A stretch of DNA of 64,000 nucleotides from an uncultured Prevotellaceae bacterium (GCA_900316685.1 ONDS01000012.1:9920-73919), one strand, 5' to 3'. Counted from the stretch's first letter, positions 30,239-39,714 are shown. A program made the numbers and translations. Notes: generated by a model not told the origin, from the sequence alone.

Positions 30239-32773
30239 TTAGTCCAACAGGATAAAAGCCGCCCAGTATTGGGGCTCATCGTAGTGTCCATTCTCCACTG
30301 TGCGGAGGTGCTTCTGTGCATTCTGGAAAGCGTCGCGTTTCGACTGCCCCTGAAGCAGGTTGTCGTAGAATTCGGTCATGAGAATTTGCGTGGCCTTGTC
30401 GTCAACCTCCCAAAGGCTCATGACGATGGTCTGTACCCCCGCCTTCTTGAAGCCGCGCTGCAGACCGAACACCCCCTCGCCCTGGTTGATGTCGCCGTTG
30501 CCCGTCTTGCAGGCCGAGAGCACCATGAGATCCACGCCGCGCAGGTCGAGGCGCGATATTTCCTGTGCCGTGAGCACGCCGTCGTCTGCATCCATGGGGA
30601 TGTCCTTGCCACGCAAAGTGGCATTGGCTCCCGCCATGAGAAGGCCACTGCGGGTGAGGGCCTTGTCTTCGGGGGAAGCCTCCCCCTGCCCCCCTCCCAA
30701 GGAGGGGGAACCGTCGATAGTGAGGAACCGGAGACTCTTCTGCCTTTCGGCCTGATTCTCCGTGAAGTAGAAACCGTGCGTGGCGATGTGGAGTATCTTC
30801 GGAGTGTGCGTCGAAAGGGTCTTCACTGCGGTCTCCGTGGCCTCATTGCCCGTAGTCAGGGTCGCCGGTTGGTACTTCTTGTCAAAAGAAGCCTTGATGG
30901 CCTGCACCTCGTCCAACGTGGCAGGAAGATAGGTGGCTGTCATGCCACGCACGCTCAAACTGTCGATGAGAGAACGATGCAGGGCGATGGAAACCTCACT
31001 CGTCCCTAAGGCCTCCCCCCGTCCCCCTCCCAAGGAGGGGGTGCCAACCTCTGGCAGGGCATTATAGTCTATACCGCCGAAAAGTGCCGTCGTCGAGGTA
31101 ACTCTCTTCCCCTCCTTCGGGAAGGAGGGGTCTGGGGTGGTAGCGCTCTCCCTCCCTTCGGGAGGGCCGGGGTGGGTATTATGGCTATCTATCACCTCCC
31201 TCGTCGTCGACAGCCTGTACATCTCATACCCCTCCATCCCGGGCGCATATTCTATTCCAATATTATGGAGCACCCCGGCGGGGGAAAAATAGATGCGCTT
31301 GATCCCTTGCAATTCCTGTTGCAGGGGTTGCCACACTAAGGCGGTAAGCTCGGGGCAGTGGAAGAACTGCGGGTCGCTCACATCTTGTAATTGACGTTGC
31401 TCGAACAGAGGTATGAACTTCGGTTCCTTGTCATCCTTACGCAGGGTGAGTGCAGCTACCATTGTGCTGTCGGTGCCAAAGACGGTGAACGACAGGAACT
31501 CTACAGCCATTTCTTCATCCTTCAATGCCCCTTGCACGTCCTGCCAGGTAGTGCGCAGCTTCCGGGTGAAGTCACCGTATACCTTTGAGCGTTTCACCAG
31601 CGCCTGTTCCTGTCGGTCCACCGCCTGCTCCAACGAGTCGGTGTTGATGTGCCGCTCGGCGATGGGTGTCTCGTAGAGTTTCTGCAGCTGCATGCGGTTC
31701 GTCTGCAGTTCCTCGAACATCCGCAAAGCCTCGGCATCGCCGCTCTCCTGGATCAGCCTGTTCATTTCTATCTCGGTGGACAACAACAATCCCTTGGCGA
31801 AGAGAGCCGACTTGTTGTAGAGGTCGGGGGCAGTTGAGATGTGGGATTGATAAGAGTAATTGGGATAAAGGTCAGTAAATTGGTAGGAATCCTTAGACCA
31901 ATACATGGTTCGTTGGGCCGCTGTTAACCCTGCGAACTGCTGGAAAACGTTGGATTGGCGTATGGAGATATTTTTTTTAAATAATTCAAGGGTTTTGGCA
32001 TAGTCGCCTAGAGAGGAGTAATAATTGGCGAGGTTGCTCAGCGACATGGCGTAATCGGGATGTTGCTCGCCAAGTACGGAACGACGGATTTCCATGGCCT
32101 GCGTTCCCACCTCCACCGCCTTGGCATAGTCGCCGAGAGAGGAGTAATAAAAAGCGAGGTTGTTCTGCGACATGGCGTAATCGGGATGTCGCTCGCCGAG
32201 GACGGAACGGTGGATTTCCATGGCCTGCGTTCCCACCTCCACCGCCTTGGCATAGTCGCCGAGACGAGAGTAATAAGTGGCGAGGTTGCTCAGCGACATG
32301 GCGTAATCGGGATGCCGCTCTCCGAGGACGGAACGACGGATTTCCATGGCCTGCGTTCCCACCTCCACCGCCTTGGCATAGTCGCCGAGATTGGCGTAAT
32401 AACCGGCGAGGTTGTTCAGGGACGTGGCGTAATCGGGATGTTGCTCGCCGAGGACAGAACGTAAGATTTCAGAGGCTTGGATGCCATACTCCACAGCCTT
32501 GGAATAGTCGCCAATGTTATAACAACTTACGGAAAACCCATTATAACTATACCCTAGATAATTAAGACAATCCAGATAATCATCATTATCCTGCTTTTGA
32601 TGTCTTTCATAAGCTTCCTTGCACTGCTCAAACCATGATATAGCTTCTTGATAATTATCTTGCTCATATGCAGCCAGCCCTGTATAAAACCAATCCAGTA
32701 TCTCCATTTCCGTTTGCGGAAACATGGAAACAGAACAGACAAGGGTGAGAAGTATGAATATAAGTTTTTTCAC
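30239..32773 (-). CDS. Exported TPR-repeat + CHAT protein, copy 2
   Basis: GTG start, hydrophobic leader followed by Q; 42-aa TPR units; LHIATHG and VLSACKTG; C-terminal domain clearly paralogous to 10960-13848. Confidence 0.92.
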   Translation of the reverse strand: MKKLIFILLTLVCSVSMFPQTEMEILDWFYTGLAAYEQDNYQEAISWFEQCKEAYERHQKQDNDDYLDCLNYLGYSYNGFSVSCYNIGDYSKAVEYGIQASEILRSVLGEQHPDYATSLNNLAGYYANLGDYAKAVEVGTQAMEIRRSVLGERHPDYAMSLSNLATYYSRLGDYAKAVEVGTQAMEIHRSVLGERHPDYAMSQNNLAFYYSSLGDYAKAVEVGTQAMEIRRSVLGEQHPDYAMSLSNLANYYSSLGDYAKTLELFKKNISIRQSNVFQQFAGLTAAQRTMYWSKDSYQFTDLYPNYSYQSHISTAPDLYNKSALFAKGLLLSTEIEMNRLIQESGDAEALRMFEELQTNRMQLQKLYETPIAERHINTDSLEQAVDRQEQALVKRSKVYGDFTRKLRTTWQDVQGALKDEEMAVEFLSFTVFGTDSTMVAALTLRKDDKEPKFIPLFEQRQLQDVSDPQFFHCPELTALVWQPLQQELQGIKRIYFSPAGVLHNIGIEYAPGMEGYEMYRLSTTREVIDSHNTHPGPPEGRESATTPDPSFPKEGKRVTSTTALFGGIDYNALPEVGTPSLGGGRGEALGTSEVSIALHRSLIDSLSVRGMTATYLPATLDEVQAIKASFDKKYQPATLTTGNEATETAVKTLSTHTPKILHIATHGFYFTENQAERQKSLRFLTIDGSPSLGGGQGEASPEDKALTRSGLLMAGANATLRGKDIPMDADDGVLTAQEISRLDLRGVDLMVLSACKTGNGDINQGEGVFGLQRGFKKAGVQTIVMSLWEVDDKATQILMTEFYDNLLQGQSKRDAFQNAQKHLRTVENGHYDEPQYWAAFILLD
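31995..32512 (-). repeat. 126-bp coding tandem repeat (TPR units)
   Basis: TTGG(C/A)ATAGTCGCC recurs at 31995, 32121, 32247, 32373 and 32499. Confidence 0.95.
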
Positions 32774-32994
32774 GATGGTTGGGTATTAGGTTTCAATTGA
32801 GATATACTTACCTTGCAAAAATATATAATATATGGAAAAAAGCCAATCAGAAAAGGCTTTTTTTGTTCAAAAAAAAGGTTTTTATGCAATAAAATGCATT
32901 TTTCTTGTTGACCTTTTCATAAAACAAGTATAAATGGGTAAAGAGTAATTCTGACATGACAATCAACAACAATGATAACACAGGATAAGGAGTC

Positions 32995-33223
32995 ATGAAA
33001 AATCTTAAAAACCCTTTCACTTATCTCCATTCTGATGATGGTGTTCTTCTACCACCAGACAGTAAAAGCGCAATCTGTGCAACGGCCAGTGCTAACTCTA
33101 TGTGGACTTTGCGGATGTCCATGTGGGTGTATAACATCGCAAACAAATAAAAAAAGCGGGAATCTGCAAAAAAAATCCGACTACGCAAAAAGACTGCGGA
33201 CTGGGTGTTTACCTTTGTTGTGA
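32995..33223 (+). pseudogene. Possible frameshifted remnant of a secreted-protein gene
   Basis: Removing one A from the A5 run at 33007-33011 gives MKNLKTLSLISILMMVFFYHQTVKA-Q, a typical signal peptide. Confidence 0.35.
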
Positions 33224-33477
33224 CATACAGAAACGACGAGAATGAAGGAGGCTTTTCCTTGACTCCAGTTTTATGTAACGTTGCAACCTAATAACAAAAC
33301 ACAACCGCTAAACCCTCACACAACAGAATCAAACGAATGACGAGTGGATACTCGCCAAAGACCGTACGCGCCCACCTATCAACAAAACACCCCCACCCTA
33401 CTTCATTTTTTCCAACACAAATGCATCTAAATAACTGAAAAACCTAAAATATGTACACACCCAACACAACCAACGAC

Positions 33478-33567
33478 ATGAGTATCTGGAACACACTGAT
33501 GAGCCTCTTAGGCGTACAAAAGGAGGAGGAAGGGAAGCCAGAGGAGCCGCAAAAGGCGGAGAAATAA
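33478..33567 (+). CDS. Candidate 29-aa small protein
   Basis: MSIWNTLMSLLGVQKEEEGKPEEPQKAEK, followed by a hairpin at 33603-33640. Confidence 0.35.
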   Translation: MSIWNTLMSLLGVQKEEEGKPEEPQKAEK

Positions 33568-33848
33568 GAGGTGACCACAGAGATAGTGTTAGCTCCCGCA
33601 GGATGGTTTTGGCGGAATGATTCATCCCCGCCAAGACCATTATCTTTATGCTTTTGCGACAGTTATTGCGCCTTTTCGCGCGGTTTGTCGCAATGGTTGG
33701 GGCTTGTCGCAACAACAGGTGAAGAAAAAGAAGGAAATAGTTGGAAAGGGCTGTCAATAGCATTTAAATTTGCAAACAGAAAACGCACACAAGACATGTG
33801 CGAAGAGATAAAGCAAACAAAACAACAACAAACAAAAACATTACAATT

Positions 33849-34292
33849 ATGAAAACCTTCAAAACATTCTTGGCAGCAATAGTATGCCTGACATTGACAC
33901 CGTTCACCAGCTTTGCAGCAGACCATCCCATCGTAGCAAACCAGTTGCCCGCAGCGGCCAAACAGTTCATCGCTAAGAATTTCCCGGGCAAGACCATTGC
34001 CTACGCAGAAAAGGATACCGAATATATGAAGACCACCTATGAGGTGAGTCTGAACGACGGAACGAATATCGATTTCAACGGACAAGGGGTATGGGATAAA
34101 GTAGACACCCACACCACCCCCGTACCCGCAGCCATCGTGCCCGCAACCATCCAACAGTATGTATCGGCTCACTTCAGGGGCCAGGTAATCACCAAGGTCG
34201 ACAAGGAGCGTCATGGTTATGACATCGAACTCTCCAACGGCATGGACCTGAAGTTCAATAGGGGCGGTGCGTTTATGGGTATAGACGACTAA
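33849..34292 (+). CDS. PepSY-like (BLIP-like) periplasmic protein
   Basis: Signal peptide; two repeats LP...FI...FP / YEV.L.DG..IDF...G.W. Confidence 0.88.
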   Translation: MKTFKTFLAAIVCLTLTPFTSFAADHPIVANQLPAAAKQFIAKNFPGKTIAYAEKDTEYMKTTYEVSLNDGTNIDFNGQGVWDKVDTHTTPVPAAIVPATIQQYVSAHFRGQVITKVDKERHGYDIELSNGMDLKFNRGGAFMGIDD

Positions 34293-34323
34293 TCATCATT
34301 TATCTTTTCAATTTACCACTTCA

Positions 34324-34364
34324 GAGGAGGGGATGCCGTGAGGACACCCCCTCCTCACTTTTTT
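34324..34364 (+). terminator. Intrinsic terminator
   Basis: GAGGAGGGG...CCCCTCCTC followed by TTTTTT. Confidence 0.7.
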
Positions 34365-34374
34365 ATGGATTCTA

Positions 34375-34406
34375 TTTTGCGGGCGGGCACAAGGCACCGC
34401 CCCTAC
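34375..34406 (-). repeat. GTAG-type REP element, inverted relative to 30081
   Basis: Reverse complement reads GTAGGGGCGGTGCCTTGTGCCCGCCCGCAAAA. Confidence 0.75.
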
Positions 34407-34410
34407 ACAA

Positions 34411-34700
34411 AAGATAAAAATCTCTTGCTCGGAAAACCAAATTAATTTGGTTTTCTCTCGCTTACTCGATTTTTTGCACTATCTTTTCATAAGATAGGCG
34501 GCGGTTTGGAAAAACTCAAATAAATTTGGTTTTTCGCTCACCTTGCACTATCTTTTCATAAGATAGGCGGCACCTCAACAAAAAAATGAACTTGTTCATT
34601 TTGTTTTGTCTTCGGTTTGCACTATCTTTTCATAAGATAGGCGGCGGTTTGGAAAAACTCAAATAAATTTGGTTTTTCGCTCACCTTGCACTATCTTTGC
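34411..34700. repeat. Tandem array of hairpin units (CRISPR-like in appearance only)
   Basis: TTGCACTATCTTTTCATAAGATAGGCGGC at 34474, 34543, 34617 and partial at 34686; intervening 40/45/40-bp segments are palindromic, and the first and third are identical. Confidence 0.9.
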
Positions 34701-34707
34701 ACTTTGT

Positions 34708-35937
34708 ATGGTACTTAATTATATTTGGATAGCTTTTTTCGTCATTGCCTTCGTGGTGGGACTGTGCAAACTGATATTCTTCGGAGATGTCAGCGTGTTC
34801 CCGGCGATGATGGACTCTACTTTCGACACATCGAAGAATGCCTTTGAGATCTCCATCGGACTCACAGGCATGCTCGCCTTATGGCTCGGCATCATGAAGA
34901 TAGGCGAACGAGCCGGACTGGTCAACGTGCTGGCGCGCGTCCTCTCACCCGTGTTCACCAAACTCTTCCCGGATATTCCTAAGGGGCATCCCGCCACGGG
35001 CTCCATCTTCATGAATATCTCTGCCAACATGCTGGGATTGGACAATGCCGCCACACCCCTCGGCCTCAAGGCCATGGAGCAGATGCAGGAGCTGAACACG
35101 AAGAAAGATACCGCCACCAATCCGATGATCATGTTTCTCGTGCTCAACACCTCGGGACTGACCATCATACCGGTGTCCATCCTCTCCTACCGGGCACAAC
35201 AGGGGGCGGCACAACCCACCGATGTGTTCATACCCATCCTGCTGGCTACCGCCGTGGCCACCCTCGCAGGTATCATCGTGACCTCGATATACCAGAAGAT
35301 CAACCTTTTCAACCGCACCCTGCTGCTCACCCTGGGTGGCGTGTGCCTATTCATGGCCGCCGTGATGTGGGGCTTCATGCAACTGGATGCCATGATGGTC
35401 GACAAGGTGAGCATCTCCGTGGCGTCCATCCTGCTGCTTACCATCATCGTGGGGTTCATCGTGGCGGGCATGAGGAAGAAAATCAACGTTTACGATGCTT
35501 TCATCGACGGTGCGAAAGACGGATTCACCACCGCCGTGCGCATCATCCCCTATCTGGTGGCCTTCCTGGTGGCCATCGGCATCTTCCGCGCCTCGGGAGC
35601 CATGGACTGGCTCATCGAGGGCATCAAGTGGATAGTGGGTGCCTTGGGTTTCAATACCAACTTCGTGGATGCCCTGCCCACAGCCCTCATGAAACCGCTG
35701 TCGGGCAGTGGAGCGCGAGGCATGATGCTCGATGCGATGACGCAATACGGTCCTGACTCCTTCGTGGGCCGGTTGAGTTGCATGTTCCAGGGCAGCACCG
35801 ACACCACCTTCTATATCTTGGCCGTTTACTTCGGCTCCATCAGCGTGAAATACACCCGCCATGCCGTGACCTGTGGACTGCTGGCCGACTTGGCCGGCGT
35901 CATAGCTGCCATCGCCCTGGCATATATGTTCTTTTAA
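34708..35937 (+). CDS. SpmA/SpmB-like nucleoside recognition (Gate) membrane protein
   Basis: MVLNYIW start; ANMLGLDNAATPLG, KPLSGSGARG, GSTDTTFY. Confidence 0.9.
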   Translation: MVLNYIWIAFFVIAFVVGLCKLIFFGDVSVFPAMMDSTFDTSKNAFEISIGLTGMLALWLGIMKIGERAGLVNVLARVLSPVFTKLFPDIPKGHPATGSIFMNISANMLGLDNAATPLGLKAMEQMQELNTKKDTATNPMIMFLVLNTSGLTIIPVSILSYRAQQGAAQPTDVFIPILLATAVATLAGIIVTSIYQKINLFNRTLLLTLGGVCLFMAAVMWGFMQLDAMMVDKVSISVASILLLTIIVGFIVAGMRKKINVYDAFIDGAKDGFTTAVRIIPYLVAFLVAIGIFRASGAMDWLIEGIKWIVGALGFNTNFVDALPTALMKPLSGSGARGMMLDAMTQYGPDSFVGRLSCMFQGSTDTTFYILAVYFGSISVKYTRHAVTCGLLADLAGVIAAIALAYMFF

Positions 35938-35957
35938 AGGGTAAAAAAGGTAAAAAC

Positions 35958-37424
35958 GTGGCTAATTTGAAATCACTGGCCAAGGATACGGCCATTTACG
36001 GACTGAGCAGTATTATCGGGCGTTTTCTCAACTACCTGCTCGTACCATTATACACCGCCAAGATATCGGCGGCGAGTGGTGGCTATGGAGTCATCACCAA
36101 TGTGTATGCTTATGTGGCATTGCTTCTGGTCATCCTGACCTTCGGCATGGAAACGACATTTTTCCGCTTCGCCAACAAAGAGGAGGAAGATGCGCAGCGC
36201 GTCTATTCCACGACCCTGATGAGTGTGGGCTTCATCGGGTTGATGTTCGTGTTGCTGGTCATCGTCTTCCTCGGTCCCATCTCGCGGTTCATGGGTTATG
36301 AAGACCATCCGTCGTACATTTGGATGATGGCCATCACCGTAGCGCTCGATGCCTTCCAGTGCATACCATTCGCCTACCTCCGCTACAAGAAAAAAGCGGT
36401 GAAGTTCGCTGCGCTGAAGTTGCTGTTCATTGGTATGAATATCCTGCTCAACCTCTTCGCCTTCCTCGTGTTGCCCCATATCACGGGCGAACCGACAGGC
36501 GTGGGTTATGTGTTCGGCATCAACCTGTTCTGCACCTCGGTTATCACCTTCTTCTTCTATCGTGAACTCACGGGATTCCGTTATGTGTTCGACAGGAAAC
36601 TGTTTGGGAGGATGTGGCATTACAGCTGGCCCATCCTCGTGCTGGGCATCGCGGGCATCCTCAACCAGACCGCCGACAAGATACTCTTCCCTAAGATATA
36701 CGAAAATGCCGACGCCCATGCCCAACTGGGCATCTATGGGGCGGCCTCGAAGATCGCCATGATCATGGCCATGATCACACAGGCCTTCCGCTATGCCTAC
36801 GAGCCGTTCGTCTTCGGCAAGGCCAAGGAAAAAGACAGCAAGAAGACCTACGCACAGGCCATGAAATATTTCCTTATCTTCACCCTAATGGCTTTTCTCA
36901 TAGTGGTGGGTTACATGAATATCCTGCGCTACATCATCGGCAGCGACTATTGGGAAGGACTGCGTGTGGTGCCCATCGTGATGGCCGCTGAAATCATGAT
37001 GGGAGTGTATTTCAACCTCTCCTTCTGGTATAAACTCATCGACAAGACCATCTGGGGCGCATGGTTCTCCGGCATCGGCTGCGCCGTGCTTATCCTGGTC
37101 AACCTCATTTTCGTGCCTCGATATGGCTATATCGCCTGTGCATGGGCGGGATTTGCCGGCTATGCCACAGCCATGACGCTCTCCTACATCGTAGGACAGC
37201 GCAAGAATCCCATCCGCTATCCCTTGGCAGAGATGATGGCCTATGTGCTGCTCACCACCATCCTGTTCGTGGGCATGTCGCTCGCCAATGAGCACCTCTC
37301 CCACTTGGCTGCCATTGGCGTGAACACCCTGCAGCTGATGGTCTTTGCCGCTTATGTGGTATGGAAAGATTTCCCCCTGTCGAAACTCCCTGTGGTGGGG
37401 AAGTATTTTAGGGGTAAGAAGTGA
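35958..37424 (+). CDS. Polysaccharide flippase (Wzx/MATE-like)
   Basis: GTG start ANLKSLAKDTAIYGLSSI; multi-TM; GMETTFFRF. Confidence 0.88.
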   Translation: MANLKSLAKDTAIYGLSSIIGRFLNYLLVPLYTAKISAASGGYGVITNVYAYVALLLVILTFGMETTFFRFANKEEEDAQRVYSTTLMSVGFIGLMFVLLVIVFLGPISRFMGYEDHPSYIWMMAITVALDAFQCIPFAYLRYKKKAVKFAALKLLFIGMNILLNLFAFLVLPHITGEPTGVGYVFGINLFCTSVITFFFYRELTGFRYVFDRKLFGRMWHYSWPILVLGIAGILNQTADKILFPKIYENADAHAQLGIYGAASKIAMIMAMITQAFRYAYEPFVFGKAKEKDSKKTYAQAMKYFLIFTLMAFLIVVGYMNILRYIIGSDYWEGLRVVPIVMAAEIMMGVYFNLSFWYKLIDKTIWGAWFSGIGCAVLILVNLIFVPRYGYIACAWAGFAGYATAMTLSYIVGQRKNPIRYPLAEMMAYVLLTTILFVGMSLANEHLSHLAAIGVNTLQLMVFAAYVVWKDFPLSKLPVVGKYFRGKK

Positions 37425-37540
37425 GAGGTGAGAGGTGAGAAGTGAGAAGTGAGGGGTGAGAGAAATGTCTGCAATTCATTAATTGTTTAATCTTTTAATC
37501 ATTAAATCTTTAAATCTTTGAATCTTTTAATCTTTAAATA
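37419..37540 (+). repeat. Heptamer and octamer tandem repeats
   Basis: (RGTGAGA)x6 at about 37420-37462; (AATCTTTW)n at about 37489-37539. Confidence 0.8.
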
Positions 37541-37558
37541 TTATTAATCCTACATATT

Positions 37559-39670
37559 ATGAAAAAACTGATTATCCTATTTGCAGCCTGTCTGCTATCT
37601 CTCGGTGCCAAGGCCGATGAAGGAATGTGGACGCTCTACAACCTGCCTCCAGCCGTCTACAACCAAATGGTGGCCGAGGGATTCCAAGTGCCCTACAACG
37701 ACCTGTATTATGGCGAACAGGCCATCAAAAACGCCGTGGTCAATTTCAGTGGCTACTGCACCGGTGTGGTCGTTTCGCCCAATGGTCTGGTGTTCACCAA
37801 CCACCACTGTGGTTTCGAGTCCATCCGCAGCCATTCGACCGTGGAACACGACTATATGCTCAACGGATTCTACGCCCAAACCTATGCCGACGAGCTGCCC
37901 AACGAAAATATGTTTGTGAGTTTCATGATCGACCAGAAGGATATCACCCCAGAACTCTTCGCCAAGGGATTTGAAGCGATGGACGATTATGAGAAGGAAC
38001 AGCTCATCGATTCACTCACCAAGCAGCTTACCGACTCGGTGAAAGCCATCGACAGCACCTATCATGTGAGCATCGATGCCTTTTTCGAGGGTAACAAGTA
38101 TTTCGCCACCACCTATCAGGATTTCACCGACCTGAGACTGGTGTTCACCATCCCTAAATCGATGGGTAAGTTCGGCGGCGACACCGACAACTGGATGTGG
38201 CCACGTCAGACCTGCGACTTCAGTGTGTTCCGTATCTATGCCGACCCGAAGACCAATGGGCCGGCGGCCTACAGCAAGGACAATGTGCCCTACCGTCCCA
38301 AATACTGGTCGCCCGTGTCGTTGCAGGGGTACAAGGATGGCGACTTCGCCATGACCATCGGCTACCCTGGCAGCACCTCACGTTATATGTCGTCGTATGG
38401 CATACAGGAGATGCGCGACGGCGAGAATACGGTGCGTGTACAGGCACGAGGTGTGAAACAGGCCATCATGCGCCGCCACATGGATGCCAGTGAAGCGGTA
38501 CGCATCAAATACGATTCAAAATACGCCCAGAGCTCGAACTACTGGAAGAACTCGATGGGTATGAACAAATGTATCGACTCCATCGGCATCATATCGCAGA
38601 AGCAACAATTCGAGGAGCGATTGAGAACATGGCAGGACAGTACGGGCTACCTGAAGGGAAAACTCGACTTCGACGTGATGCGCCGCGCCTACCAGCAGCG
38701 GTTCAACGGCATCCGCGCCTTCTACTACCTGTGGGAATGTATATCCTCGACCACGGAGTTCGCCGCCCGTGCGCGCAAGCTAAGCAACGGCATCGAGGTG
38801 AAAGGGCCTGAGGATAAGCCCAAGAAACAATATTTCGAGTTCGCCGACAACAGCAGTGAATGGGATGAGGCTCTTGAAAAAGAGGTGATGGCAGCCATGC
38901 TTAAAAACTATGAGGAGCATGTGGATTCACGCTATCTGCCCGCCTTCTACCAAACCATCAAGAACGATTTCAAGGGTGATTACACTGCTTACGTCAACTA
39001 CCTCTATAAGAAGTCGGTCCTGATGAAAGGGAAGAAAATCTATTTCAACAAGAAAGGTTACCACGACGATCCGGGCGTGAAGTTCGGTGATGACTTGATG
39101 GAGGTGATGTACAATATACGGGGTGAGATCAGCCGTCCCACCGCGATCATCGAGGAACAGGAGCGTTACCTCTGTGCCGCCGTTCTCGAGATGGAGCAGG
39201 AAATGCCTCATTACAGCGATGCCAACTTCACCATGCGTCTAAGCTATGGCCAGGTGGGCGGTTATACGCTCAATGGCAGTCCCTCGGGCTACTACACCAC
39301 TCCGCAAAGCATGGTGGCCAAGATGCGCCACGATGATGCCACACACGACTATTTCGCCGAACCCGTGATGGAAGAATTGCTGTCGGCAAAGGATTTTGGC
39401 CGTTACACCGACAAGACATCGGGAACGATGAACCTGTGCTTCCTGACCAACAACGACATTACCGGCGGCAATAGCGGCTCGCCGATGTTCGACGGTAAAG
39501 GACGACTCATCGGGTTGGCTTTCGATGGCAACTGGGACAGTCTGTCGAGCGATATCCATTTCGACACGCAACTGGCTCGCTGCATCGGTGTGGACATACG
39601 CTATGTCTTGTTCATGATGGAGCATTGGGGACATGCCGACAGGCTGTTGCAGGAAATCAATCCGCAATGA
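37559..39670 (+). CDS. S46 family dipeptidyl peptidase (DPP7-like)
   Basis: ADEGMW, TNHHC, DNWMWPR, TGGNSGSP; FDGN rather than the FDRN of DPP11. Confidence 0.92.
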   Translation: MKKLIILFAACLLSLGAKADEGMWTLYNLPPAVYNQMVAEGFQVPYNDLYYGEQAIKNAVVNFSGYCTGVVVSPNGLVFTNHHCGFESIRSHSTVEHDYMLNGFYAQTYADELPNENMFVSFMIDQKDITPELFAKGFEAMDDYEKEQLIDSLTKQLTDSVKAIDSTYHVSIDAFFEGNKYFATTYQDFTDLRLVFTIPKSMGKFGGDTDNWMWPRQTCDFSVFRIYADPKTNGPAAYSKDNVPYRPKYWSPVSLQGYKDGDFAMTIGYPGSTSRYMSSYGIQEMRDGENTVRVQARGVKQAIMRRHMDASEAVRIKYDSKYAQSSNYWKNSMGMNKCIDSIGIISQKQQFEERLRTWQDSTGYLKGKLDFDVMRRAYQQRFNGIRAFYYLWECISSTTEFAARARKLSNGIEVKGPEDKPKKQYFEFADNSSEWDEALEKEVMAAMLKNYEEHVDSRYLPAFYQTIKNDFKGDYTAYVNYLYKKSVLMKGKKIYFNKKGYHDDPGVKFGDDLMEVMYNIRGEISRPTAIIEEQERYLCAAVLEMEQEMPHYSDANFTMRLSYGQVGGYTLNGSPSGYYTTPQSMVAKMRHDDATHDYFAEPVMEELLSAKDFGRYTDKTSGTMNLCFLTNNDITGGNSGSPMFDGKGRLIGLAFDGNWDSLSSDIHFDTQLARCIGVDIRYVLFMMEHWGHADRLLQEINPQ

Positions 39671-39714
39671 TGGCTTAGCACCCCTACCCCCTACCCCACT
39701 TGGGGTTTGCATAC

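Noticed and set aside
34474-34700. CRISPR array
   Set aside because: Spacers 1 and 3 are identical, all spacers are self-complementary, a solo unit occurs at 20875-20945, and no cas genes are in the window
35778-35957. N-terminal extension of the flippase ORF
   Set aside because: It overlaps the upstream gene; GTG at 35958 gives the typical N-terminus
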